A DNA stretch of 64,000 nt from Podarcis liolepis (GCA_965112155.1 OZ218100.1); one strand, 5' to 3'; counted from the stretch's first letter, positions 37,584 to 49,841 are shown. The notes: a model not told the origin generated them from the sequence alone. Numbers and translations are program-made.

Positions 37584-38679
37584 TAGTATTAAGGAAGTCA
37601 TTCCACACAGTAACCTCATGGTAGCTTACACAATAGTTCTTGAACAGTTACAGCCATTGGTGAAATGCAGAAATCAGGCTACCTGCCCCTCCCATTTTTT
37701 TAATTGTTTGGGGGGGTGCTTTGGTTGGGGAATTTTTTTTTTTAAGGCTGGTCTGCTTCTTAGTCTGTGTTGTATTTGTTTGGCGGGTGTAGGTGTTTTA
37801 CCTGTTGTTGTGGTGGGGGGTGGGCTCTGAGCATCGACAGTATTTGCTTATGAAATGTGACCACAACAGTTTCTTAGATTTCCAAATGTGTCCTGGGTCC
37901 CAAAGGGTGAGTCACCCTGAAGTTCAGTATTCAGCAAAATAGCAGACTGGGCCAAGTTCTTGCTTCTGTCTGCAGGACACACAAGTGCCCCACCAGTTTT
38001 TTGTTTCTTCTCCAAATCTTCATATTATCTGTTCTTCCCTGCTGTATATACAAAAGCATTCTGTTTTCTTTTCCTGCATATTTTTCTAAATTATTTGAGC
38101 TATACAAGAGGACATGAGAGAAGAGAGGATCACGGCAGGTGCTAAGAAACAGTTCACTGTTTATTTTCTCATATGTGCAGTCAGCAAAATTCACAGCCCA
38201 GGATTTATCAGTATAAAGGATTACCCTTTCCTGTGGTCTTCCCTCATGATATATACCAGACACAGAGTCCTCTTCCTCATATTTTCATGATTCTGTAGGT
38301 TTCAAGCATCCCCTGCCCCCACCAACATAGTAAATGACAGCTCTCCCCACATTAGGGTTGCTGTGCTGATTTTGCCTGTTAAAAATTTGCCATCGTTCTA
38401 ATTAAACAGGCAAAAGAGGATCTTATTCAAATGCTTGCAGGAACATACTAGTAAATTATTTGACTTCCTTGGGTCCCTACAATTTTTTTTCTATTAAACT
38501 TCAGTAAAAATTAAACATTGCGCCTGATTTATCAGTATGCAAAGACACTATTTCTGTATAGTAACCAAGGTATATGCATCAATTAGTTTGAAGCTAATGG
38601 TTTTTAAAACGAATCAACTGCAGCAGATATTTCCATTTTTACAACAACAACAACAAAATTAAGCTATTTAGTGCTTTAT

Positions 38680-39275
38680 CAGAGGTGGGAACCTCCAGCC
38701 CACAGATCAAATGTTGCCCACCAGGCCTCCCCATTGGGCCCATAAGGCCATTTTCAAGAAGCCACCCCCATGCTATGTGTGAGGCAGGTAAGGGCAGAAC
38801 ATCAAAGGAACAACTGGGGACCCAAAGCTCTCGACTATTCCTTTGTTCAAGCAAGGTGTGCAGTTTAAAAGAGACACACAGAGGGGGTGTTTGAAGGCAT
38901 TTTCCCATCGCATCAGCTGCTGGAACATGTCTTGCTCAAGGCATTCAAACTTTGGAAGTATGAAGGAGCAAGGTGGAGGTGCCCTCCAAGGACATGGGAG
39001 CCTGCCTCCAATCTCCTCCCCCTCCACTTTTCCTATAAGCCTCTGTGGCTTGAAGGACAAACAGAAGGGGGAGGATGTCTGAAAGCCCTTTATAAACATC
39101 CCTGCCCAAGGATATTTAAAGAAGGGCTGTTTGAAAGCCCCATGGTTTGCTTTGAAGTCCTGACAATTGGGGCTTCAAAGAGAGGCGTCACCTGAGGTCA
39201 CTATGATGTCAGGTGATAGGCTGGTGGGTGGCCCTGCCCACCTGTCAACTTCAGCCAGAAAAGGATTCTGAGCCC
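38680..39275. mobile_element. Degraded hAT-type non-autonomous element
   Basis: cagaggtgggaacctccagccc start and ...gagccctg end around a GC-richer block; no TSD found. Confidence 0.4.
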
Positions 39276-40638
39276 TGTGGTATGTGGATAAGACATTATT
39301 TGAAGTTGACTTCTTATGAAACTTTCCAGAGTTTGTTTTAATGAAATGCTACACCGAGGTTCTGTAAAAGTGAAACTGAACCCCATGGAAGTCATCATCC
39401 ACGTGGACAGGAAGAGAAGGGGAAATTGTGTGGGCCCGATTCATTACTCAGGCTTGTTCAGGTTCGTCTGCACAGCACTCAATCATGGTTTAGTATTACA
39501 TGCAAACAAAGCCAGTGTGTAAAGAGTCTGAAATATGATGGCAGTGTAATGTGATACACCGTTTTCCTTCCTGATGGGTCATACAATTCTGGTGGTCTTC
39601 CTGTTTGTGTATATGCAGTTCTAATTGAATAATTGGGCTCCATGGTAGCAGCAAGTAGGAAGCAAGAGTTCTTCAGTAAAGTATATTAAAATTAACAGCT
39701 GGTCCTTAAGCAAAATCTCCTACAGGATTTTCCTCTTATATGGAAAACACTGAAATTAGAACATGATCTACATTTGAGGGTACATGTAGGGGAACTGATG
39801 GGCTTGTGAATGCTTTGGTAAACAAGGGTGTACATTCAGGGTTGTTCTCCCCCCCCCCCCCGAGTATCTAGATGTTTGGATGACTGGTACATGAAGGAGG
39901 ATAGAGCCAAAAACATTAGTAACCCCCCCCCCCGGTACTGTGTTTTCTTGTAATCAAATGTTTGCAGTTGTTTCGTTTATTAATAAGAAAATGGGAGTAG
40001 GATTTTGCCAGCATCTATACTTTTCCCTTTGTCTGAAGGGTACCATGCTAGGGAAGGGAGGCTTGGTTTTTATATTGCCATATTTTTATTCTAGTATAGC
40101 TGTCCCCAGCACACTGAGTGAGGGATGTATTCTAGTGCACCATTTGGAAACAGGGCTGTTGTTTCCCAGTGGTGGGGATGCCTACTAAAAGGGGCGCTTC
40201 TTAGGAAGATTAGCTGCATCAAGATATATGAGATCGGTGTAGGTTTGCAAGAGATAATAATGAAAATTGCTCTTAATTTGTCTGTTTTAGTCCTGTGATC
40301 ATCAGTCACATTGAGTTCAGTCAAACTTGCTTCTCTGTAGACACGTATAGCATTTCACTGTTAATTTTGTGTCAGATCGTGGGTCTCTTTGGATTATGTT
40401 CCATTCGCTTCTTTGTTATGAATGAATTCAGGGAAAGTTTATTTTTCTAAGATAGTTTTAAAGGCAGTCTTGTTCTTTTTTTAAGAAAAAGAAAAACCCC
40501 ATACACTTCAGCATCTAGCTTTTTACCACTAGATGGAGCTGATTTTGCAGGGTAAACTGTTATTAAATTATGTATTGAATAAATGACATTTTAAAAATCT
40601 ACAAGGCTTACAATACATTTATATATAGATACAGGAAT

Positions 40639-40730
40639 ACATAAGGAATATCAAGAGCTGCTTTATACTGAGTTGGACATTTGGTCTATCTAGCTCAGTA
40701 TTGTTTACACTGATTGGCAGCAGCTATCCC
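40639..40730 (-). mobile_element. CR1-tailed retroposon remnant
   Basis: gctgctttatactgagttggacatttggtctatctagctcagtattgtttacactgattggcagc. Confidence 0.7.
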
Positions 40731-41693
40731 CCTGTTAGTTTACCTGTGTGGAAAAGGATTTATTTTCTTTCTTTTTGTGATGTTCACACTTTTTCTTTTT
40801 GTTAACAAAGGGGAATGAAAGCAAAGGGGAAAAGAGAAAAAGCTATAGATTCATAAAAGTAAACGTTATTCAAAAACTAGACCACATAAATCTGGGAGGT
40901 GTACACAATGGATAATAATACAACAACTACTTTGTCATCTAACCTGCAACAAAAAAGGTACATGAAGTCCTTGACTTGGCCAAGGCCTAACCCATGACTA
41001 ACTTAATTCTGTAGGTTTAAAAAGGGTCTGTTCTATGACTTCGATACCACACATTTTTCCCCCATTGTACAGTGGAATATGTACATCACATATTATCGTC
41101 GGATTGAATTGGCTGTGTGAGAATGTCTGGTCCTTTGTATACCATGTATGTTAAGCCCATTTGTGTGTCTCAGATGGGACTGTGAAAGTAAAGCCTCTGC
41201 AACCTGACCTACCTTGCACCACCCAAGGCGTGATGCCATCATAGAAGTCACTAGTAACACATCATGCCTTTTTCAGTCCATTTGCTAATTCAAGCAGGCT
41301 GTGAGCAGGTGAGTTTCCAGTGAAGCTCCACTCTGAGTAGCACAGGTGGTAGGGGTAAGGAGGGGACAGGATTTGATCAAACGTGAGCCAGGAGGGAAGA
41401 ATTAACTGTGATGTTTGTAGTACATGTCAATGTCTGAAGGCAGGAGAAGGGCATATGCTAGACTGCAGTTCACATGCCACTGCTCACTCTCTTCAAGATT
41501 GTAAGGAGTACTTTGGAGAGTGAGATTCTAAAATAAGAAGGTGATGGTGGTTGTGTATGTACAAAAGCAGTCTCTGGAAATGGGTCAGGCAGTATGCAGA
41601 TGTTAAATATGCCTGTTGATTTACAAGCCTCATTTTTTATGAGCATATGCTCCATGATTTGTATTCCTAAGATCACAGATATCCTCCCTCATT

Positions 41694-41775
41694 ATCTCTC
41701 TTTCTCTTTCTCTGTCTCTGTCTCTTTCTCTGTCTCTCTATCTCTCTCTGTCTTGCTCTCTGTATCTCTCTTGTC
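41694..41775 (+). repeat. CT/CTGT low-complexity tract forming the polypyrimidine tract of the second-CRIB exon
   Basis: About 80 nt of (CT)n and CTGT directly upstream of the 41784 acceptor. Confidence 0.9.
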
Positions 41776-41783
41776 TTTGATAG

Positions 41784-41969
41784 CCAAGCTCCCCTTATCC
41801 ACCCTCTCATCATCACTCCCATCTCATCTCTTCACCAAGCAACTTCGAGCACATCTATCACATGACTGTTAACTCAGCTGAAAATTTCCTCTCCCGTGAT
41901 TCCATAAACCGTGCATATTCCCCACCTCTACGCTCTGTCCCTCGTACACCAGCCTTTATGAATATAAGG
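41784..41969 (+). CDS. CDC42BPA: CDC42BPA alternative 186-nt exon encoding a second CRIB motif (PSSPYPPSHHHSHLISSPSNFEHIYHMTVNSAENFLSRDSINRAYSPPLRSVPRTPAFMNIR)
   Basis: gatag acceptor after long CT tract, AGG|gtatga donor, phase 0-0, 62 codons; similar to a recalled human isoform insert. Confidence 0.9.
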
Positions 41970-43834
41970 GTATGAATTGTTCAGCCAGGTGTTCCTGCTA
42001 CTAACACTGTGTGGTGTTCCTTCTTTTTTGGCCTGGCTAATATCTGGCAAGATTTCAGCTTTGTAGTTGGCTTCATTTGTGTCTGGGTCTTTCTTTTTTT
42101 CCTTTTGCTTCCCTTCAGCTACATTTCTCTGTAACCCCCAAACGAGGGGTGTGAACTTGGGCATCTACCAAAGTAGAAGTCCTTGACCTTTTCCCAAAAT
42201 TACTAAGTATTCAAAACAACTTTTGCAATCCCACTAAAATTCATCAGAGAATTTCACATGAGTTTCCCAGTTCAAAGGACCCACAGTGAGGAGACTGGTG
42301 TCCTAAAACATGTTCGGTACATTGCGCATGCTTCCCCACAGTCCCCTTGTCCACTGAGATTAATAGATTCATAGGGGACTTGAAGGAAGCCCAGGGGTGC
42401 ATCTCAGTAGGATTTATCTGATAATTATGGAAAGCTTGTTGCTGTATCCAAAGACTCACACCCGTGGCTTTTCTTTGCAACAGACACGACTTAAACAGTT
42501 GGATGGCTGCATGCCAAATGACAGAAGGAGGCCTATGTATTAGAGATAACCTTGTGTATAGTGTTGGAATTCTGCATTTCAGTATGGTAATAGAATTCTG
42601 TCCACTTAATAGGAACATCAATCTGATCTGATTTACATGACTTCTGCCACACTGTCCATGTACATGCTGCTGTACAGGGTCCTATAACAAAAAGGAAACC
42701 CTGTGCCCTGCCTTGAGGAGTTTGCAGTCTACATTCCAACTTTGCGGAGGCAGCAGAGGGAAGAAAGGAGAGATGGAGGCATATATATGTGCAGAGGCAG
42801 TCTTACATAACTCCCCCCCCTTGAAATCTTAGTCTTTTTCTTGAAATGTTAGGTGAAGGCAAAGAGCTTCAGGGAGAGACTTAACTGGGAGATGGAATTG
42901 AAAGAGAGGACAGAGAACTCCTGCGCCTTGTGGATTTGGGAAGGGAAGGGAGTTCCTGATAAAGCAGGACTGGAGAAATGGGGGCGCCATTTAAGGGAGC
43001 AGGAGGCTGTGCCTCTTCTTATTTCTAGTTAGGTCTGTAGAAGTAGGCTCTTGCTCTGTCAGGTACTTCATAAAAATGTTTTTTATTTGTGGCCTAACAA
43101 TCCTGGTCTAAAGGGAGGTGTCCCTCAAATCACAGAACAATAAGGCTGGACAAATGGCTGAGCTTCAGGTTTGTTGCCGTTTGTGTCCTTTCGCATAATT
43201 CTCCTGCCAGCAAGATTGTTTACTGAACTGAATGACCCCACTGAATGACCCAGCTATATTTTCTAAGAAAGCATCTTACATTTGGTGGCTGTGAAGTAAA
43301 TTGCCTCTCTTTTCTGAAGTTAAATGAGTGAACTGCTCAGTGAGCTGCAATCAAATTTATATTTTCTACCTTTCAAAAGAATGACATTTCAGTCCTGCTG
43401 ACAGAAATGCAGGATATATAAATTGTTATTATAAATAAAAAATGTATTTTTTCCATTGAGATGTATTTGCTCTGAAGATTCGTTTGTTTACCTCTTTGGT
43501 CTGTTAAAAGAATAACATCGGTATTTTAAAGGAGATGCTATAGGATTAAGCTTCACTACCATTTCCTAACTGCTGTTTTGAGCAACCATGGTTTTTCTTT
43601 TTGTGCATGACGTGAAAAGCTTCTCATTCTCTGTTCTCTGATCTTAGCAGTGAGTTATACAAATGTTTAAGAAAAGAGCAGTGAGGCATTTGCTTTGAGG
43701 TAAAGAGCACCTAAGAATTAGATGGACTCTGCCTTTTAGTTAAATAAAATGAGTGTATCTTTCTCATATACCTGCAGCTGTAATAGTTGCCTCCACCTTG
43801 TTTTAAAATTGATTGTGGTCATTAGATCTACTTC

Positions 43835-44605
43835 CCCAAATAGGGTTACTCAGCCCTTAAAGGACCAGGTTCATAGCCTGGGGGTCACTTTGGGCCCACA
43901 GCTGTCCATAGAGGTGCAAGTCAACTCTGTGTCCAGGGTGGCTGTCTACCAACTCCATCTGGTACGCCAGCTGAGACCCTACCTGCCCACAGACTGTCTC
44001 GCCAGAATGGCACATGCTCTACTTATTTTCCGCTTGGACTACTACAATGCACTCTTATGTGGGGCTACTTTTGAAGGTGACTCGGAAACTACAATTAATC
44101 CAGAATGTGGCTGCCAGACTGGGAGTGGCTACCATGACCGTATAACACCAATCCGAAAAGGTCTACATTGGCTCCAAGTACAATTCAAAATATTGGTGCT
44201 GATCGTTAAAGCCCTAAATGACCTCGGCCCAGTATACATGAAGGAGCATCTCCACCTCCATCACTCAGCCTAGACACTGAGGTCCAGCTCCAAGGGCCTT
44301 CTGGCGATTCCCTCATTGCAAGAAATGAGGTTACAGGGAACCAGGCAGAAGAGCATCTTCTTGGTAGTCACATGCACCCTGTGGAACACCTGCCCATCAG
44401 ATGTCAGAGTTAAACAACTCTATAACCTTTCATAGACATTTGGAGGCAGCCCTCTTTCACGACACTTTTAATGCTTGATGGGTTTTCTCTCCCCCCACCC
44501 CCATTCGCTCTGTACTTTTGTTGGAAGCCACACAGAGTGGTTTGGGCAACCCAGTCAGATGGGCAATGTATAAGAAAAATGTTGTTGTCGTCGTCATCAC
44601 CACCA
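43835..44605 (+). mobile_element. 5'-truncated L2 LINE: frameshifted ORF2 C-terminus plus 3' UTR
   Basis: DQVHSLGVTL...VAVYQLHLVRQLRPYL...LDYYNALL and LHWL...FKILVLIVKALN are L2 post-RT motifs; trinucleotide tail. Confidence 0.88.
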
Positions 44606-45033
44606 TCAGTAAATGCCCATCGTTCTGAGTGAAGGGGATGGGCTTGCAAGCTGCTTCTTTTACTCTGCATATCAGTGTGCACTGACTCTTCCCCTCATCC
44701 TCCAGAGTTCATATTAATAAGGTCTAAAATCATTCCTCCTTGCAATATCCCAAATTGCAATATCCCTGTATCAGATTCACTGCTTACTGGATAGCTCGGG
44801 TGGCTATTGAATCAATTGAAAGCTTTCTAGCAGTCAGCTTCATCCTATAACCATATTTTGTTTCCTCCTGCCAGGAGGATACCCAGAGTTGTTGATCACA
44901 TTGTTATTGTGACTTGGGGAAGCAAGGAACTGACCTTTAATCTTTTAATTGAGAAGTGGGATCATAAACATACAGTGCAGAGGTGGCAAACAAAGTGTTC
45001 AATGAGAGAAGCAGAAAACAATAATTAAGATTA

Positions 45034-45351
45034 CAGTGGTGCCCCGCAAGACGAATGCCTCGCAAGACGGAAAACTCGCTAGACGAAAGAGTTTTCCGTT
45101 TTGGAGGTGCTTCGCAAAACGAATCTCCTATGGGCTTGCTTCGCAAGACGAAAATGTCTTGCGAGTTCCTGTGGGGGTTTTTTCTCCCCCCCCTTTTTCT
45201 AAGCCGCTTATCAGCTGATACGATAAGCCGCTAAAAGGCGCTAATAGCGCTAATCTGCTAATCCGTCAATGGGCTTGCTTCGCAAGACGAAAAAACCGCT
45301 AGGCGAAGAGAATCACAGAATGGATTCTTTTCGTCTTGCGAGGCACCACTG
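45034..45351. mobile_element. Tc1/mariner (Tigger/pogo-like) MITE
   Basis: TIR cagtggtgcc(c/t)cgcaagacgaa at both ends; TA TSD; internal cgcaagacg repeats. Confidence 0.92.
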
Positions 45352-46044
45352 TACTTAGCTCTTTATGCCTGTCAGATGCTAATTGGTGCATTGCATAAAC
45401 AGAAAAACAGAAAAGCAATAGATTAATGGTAGAAGTGTGCATTATAGAATCATGTGTTATATGCAACAACAACAGAATGCTAGATCACCGACTCAAACAC
45501 AGAAAAACCTTTTATTTCATACATCCTTAAAATATGCCATTTATTCCAATTTTGTACAGGGGATAGTTGAATATAATCAAATAAATACTAATATAATCAA
45601 ATAAGCTGTGACTATCTGTTAAAGACCAATATAATGAATTATAAGAGTGCATTTCTGAAATTTGAATGCATGCAGAGTACTAATTTTAGATGTGCTTATT
45701 ACTGATTTGTTGAAAAACAAAACAAAAATGCAATGAAATATAATTCCTGAAAAATTATTCTTATTTTAATTTTATTTATTTAATATATTTTTATCCTGCC
45801 TCTCAAAAAAAAATAGCTTCACTAAGTGGCAATCGTGTAACTTGAAACTCACAGTAACCTTTAAATTGGGTTTTTAAGTATTGTCACTTACTGTACACAG
45901 GGTTTATATGTTTACAAGTACACAAAGCAATAAGCCAATCAGTGCAATAATAAAACACAATATAATTGAAATAATCAGGAGGTACTGAAATAAACAGCAG
46001 ATAACAAGTGTCTCCTTCAAGACCCGTGTAAAAATTATTATTTT

Positions 46045-46530
46045 TAGTTATTAAATTTGTATACCACCCTTCATCCAAATATCTCAGGGTAGCTCACAGC
46101 ATAAAAATACAGAATAAAACCACAAAATACATAATAAAAACAAGGGGGAAATGAAACAAACCAGGCGCCAGGTGAGCCTCCCTAGGGAGAGCATTCCACC
46201 AAAGAGGAACCACTGCAGAAAAGTCCTGCTCTTGTGTTGCCACCCTCCTGCCCTCTTGAGGCGGCAGCACACAAAAGAAGAGCTTCAGATGGTGATCACA
46301 GGGTCCAGGTCAGTTCATATGGGGAGAGGCAATCCTTGAGGTGTTGCAGTCCTGAGCCATTTAAGGCTTTATAGGTCAAAACCAACACTTTGAACTGGGA
46401 AACTAATTAGAACCCAGTGCAGTCAGGCCAGTAATGGTGTAATATGATCAAACCATCATGCACCAGTGAGCAAGCTGGCCACCAAATTCTGCACCAGCTG
46501 AAGTTTCTGAGCCTTCTTCAGAGGCAGCAT
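46045..46530 (-). mobile_element. L2 LINE 3' fragment
   Basis: ccatttaaggctttataggtcaaaaccaacactttgaa reads FKVLVLTYKALNG on -; L2 3' UTR follows. Confidence 0.8.
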
Positions 46531-47122
46531 ATTGAAGTACTCTAAGCTTGTAGGGATTGTTAGTGTCTGAATCATTCCAACCCTCTGAAAGGGTGGTCCT
46601 GGGGATAAATTCAGTGCCTATTCTTTTTCTACCCAATGTGTTTCAGAAGAGTCCTTGAAAGTGAAATAATCTTGACATGTAGTAAAGAGAGTGGGAGAAC
46701 TGGGAGATGCAAAAATCCATGTTGATAGTAAATAATTGGAGCAGGTGCTATATAGCATCTAGTCTGGCTACATTGCTTAGCTGTCTGCGTCCATGCAGAC
46801 TTTTAACATTGAAGACATTACACTAGGGTGTGTGATAGGTTTCAAATGCCTAAGAAAATATCAGAATTTAGGAGAAAACCTTGCATATTTGGCTACTTAC
46901 TGCCACATACAAATTAGCATTTTGCAGTTGCTGCTGACTGCATTCTGTGTGGTTCCATCCACAGTGCTTATTTATAGAAAGTAACCTCTGCAGTCTTGCC
47001 TACCTGCCGCCTAGATAACCTGGAGACCAAGGCATTGTTTGACCATTTGCTTGGACTGTAGTTTGATAACCTTGGTATTTCCACTGTAAATGATTTTGCC
47101 TCTTTCCTATTTCTCTTTGCAG

Positions 47123-47240
47123 AACCTTCGACCTCAGGAAAGTCGGACCATGTTTAGCGGTTCTGTCAGTATTCCATCAATCACAAAATCCCGCACTGAA
47201 CCCGGACGCTCCATGAGTGCTAGCAGTGGTTTGGCGGCAA
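47123..47240 (+). CDS. CDC42BPA: CDC42BPA tail exon (NLRPQESRTMFSGSVSIPSITKSRTEPGRSMSASSGLAA)
   Basis: ttgcag acceptor, gtaagt donor, phase 0-1. Confidence 0.97.
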
Positions 47241-48054
47241 GTAAGTTGCTGCACCTTATCTCGGACATATAATGCAGAGTCCGTCCACAGATATACAAGT
47301 GACTGGACTGGGGAGGGAAGGCAAAGAAACATGGTGTCACAAGTGACTTTTGAAACTGCCCAGTGCTGTTGTTAAGGTACCCCACACCAGCACAGATCTG
47401 GCACATGTCCAATACCAGAAAAAAATATTGGGAATATTGTTTGTTTCAAATACTTTGACTCCTGCCTTCCAATCATAGACCTCAAGGCACCTTACAACTG
47501 TTTCTCCCCCTCATAAAACAATATTAGCATCTAGCAGAACACAGCCGATAAGACTCTCATTGAAAACTGACATTCCAACAATATAACAAGAGTAGCAGTA
47601 AAATAAAAGTAACTGAAGACCACTGAATATCCAAGTAAATAGAATAGTTTTTATTTGATACATAGTATGTAGGAAGGCAATGAGGGGAAATTCTTATTTG
47701 CAGAAATGAAGTTTGTTACAGATACAAAACGCCTATTATGTTGAGACCCTTGGTGGGGATTAATTTGAAGAAATACAAATAAAACACTACTAAAACAATA
47801 GCAACCAAGAGACTGCGAAGTCAAATTACACATTTAGTATAATTGGTGGTTTGGCCCAGTGTAAAATCAGATTGGTGCTGGGGTGTGTGTTTCGATGAAT
47901 AATTGTTAAATAATTTACAGAGGATGCAGCTGGGAAATGGAAGCAGGCAGTTCAACAAAAATTAGCTTCAGGAAAACAATTACTAGAGCGTACAGCTCTA
48001 ATGCCTTCATATTTGTATGCCTTCATGTAGCTAAATCCCTGGGTATTTTCCTAG

Positions 48055-48212
48055 GATCATCTGCACAAAATGGCAGTGCTTTGCGGAGGGAATTCTCTGG
48101 AGGTAGCTATGGAGCAAAGCGTCAGCCAATGGCATCCCCTTCGGATGGCTCCTTGTCCTCTGGCGGTTTGGACCAAGGCAGTGATGCACCAGCGAGGGAC
48201 TATGAGCGAGAG
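48055..48212 (+). CDS. CDC42BPA: CDC42BPA penultimate exon (RSSAQNGSALRREFSGGS...DAPARDYERE)
   Basis: tcctag acceptor, gtgggt donor, phase 1-0. Confidence 0.97.
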
Positions 48213-49841
48213 GTGGGTATCACGTGGGAGGGGTGGGGAGGCAAGGGAAGCTGCTCCACAGAGCCCAAGTTCTTTACTCTGCTGTGCTCAAACAAAAGGA
48301 TAGAGAAGTGTTGCACAGGACAGTGACCCCAGGAAGAATAACCACAGGTTTTACTGAAGGAAAAAGTATTTTCCTATTTAAAATATAATAGAAATCCCCA
48401 AGGCAGGAGTCTGTATGACTTGAAACGCTGTGGATTTAGATAATAAACTTGTTAGCAGCACTTGTAGATTTTTCTTCCTTTGGCACAAGAAGTGCTAGTG
48501 GTGCATCAAAGAGAATTACTACTGCCTCTAATAAGTAACCAGGCAGGGCATGAATCTAGGCAAAATTAAGTTTTTAGTCTCACTGATTTCACTGGAAATA
48601 TTTTAACATGTGCTTCATTTTCCCACTGAAATCAATTTGACTTTTGTCCATATTCTATTATACTAGTTTTGCAATAAGGAAATTTATATTCTGATTTTTT
48701 ACTGAATGTTGGTTCACATTAGTTTGTAGAATTTGACAGGGGCAGGAAGAAACTGGTCATAAAGACGGCTGGTTGCCAATGGAGGAATACTGGCATTGTC
48801 CTGCCCAGTCCACAAGCAGCTTTGTTATCCTGCAGCTTAAGGCCAGTTGATGCAGTCAAGGATGCATTCACACAGCAGAGTTCTCTATGAATCAAGCTTC
48901 CTGTGAATACAGCCACTCCTTCTCAGCAGTGGCTGCTTTGATTGTGACAGACGCTGCTGTCCTTGGCGGCAGTTTGCACAATGAAAGCGATGTTCTCATT
49001 AAGGTATTTTTTGCAGCATGTTTTGCAAAAAATCTACAGTAATCTATATGAGTTGTTCATGTCAGAACAAATAACACAGAGTGATACCCTTTGTACAAAA
49101 CCGCTGCCAAAACTTCCTGCAAGTCATGAAACAAGAGAAAGAAAACAAATGGAAGGGAGAAAACATTTAAACCAATTAGAAGCAACAAAAATATGAATCA
49201 CCTTTCCAAGTTAATCCAACATATGCATTAATATCTGGCAGGTGTCTGTCTGGTATTGTGCTAATGATCTATGTGCAAATGTTCTTATGCATCTTTGGGA
49301 GCATTGCTTGCATAGAGGCAAAATGTGAATCAGCCCTGAATCAATGGAGGCCAGTTCATTTGAGCAGATGGGGCGCTGCCCCACCAATCTCAATCTCAGC
49401 TAGCCCACACTTCCCTGCCTTCTTCCTTACAAGGAGTCCAGGTGCTGGCACTGCCTACTAACTTTCCTCCTCCTTGTACAACTCCGCAAGGATTTGGATG
49501 GGGACAAAACTGGAGTCTGGTTGCACCTACTGTTGGTCTCTCTCCCATACGCCCTACCAACCCCAAGTGGACACCGGCCAGCTCTGCCCTCAGTGGTGCA
49601 CTTCAAGAAAATAACTTCTGGTGTTTTGTTCCCTCCCAGCCACTGTACTTGGGAGGCAATATGAGATGCGTCCTCTTGAGAAGTTAGAGCAGTTGGTATC
49701 ACTCCCTCGTGTGCTAAGGTGTGGGGTGTCGGGACAGGGCAGTCACTTGGTTCCAGACAGTTCTTTCCCCTTACTCCCACCCAGGCCTTCCTCTTCTGCT
49801 CCCGCTCACTGATATGTTCTCTTGCATTTTTTGGGCTGCAG

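Noticed and set aside
37536-37584. CRISPR-like short direct repeats (cttcttcagat x3)
   Set aside because: Eukaryotic intron, spacers of only a few nt, all inside a retroelement fragment
38639-39195. Overlapping ORFs on both strands
   Set aside because: Lie within a degraded GC-rich transposon-like block and have no recognisable domain
43749-44273. 174-aa ORF as a novel gene
   Set aside because: Frameshifted L2 ORF2 remnant
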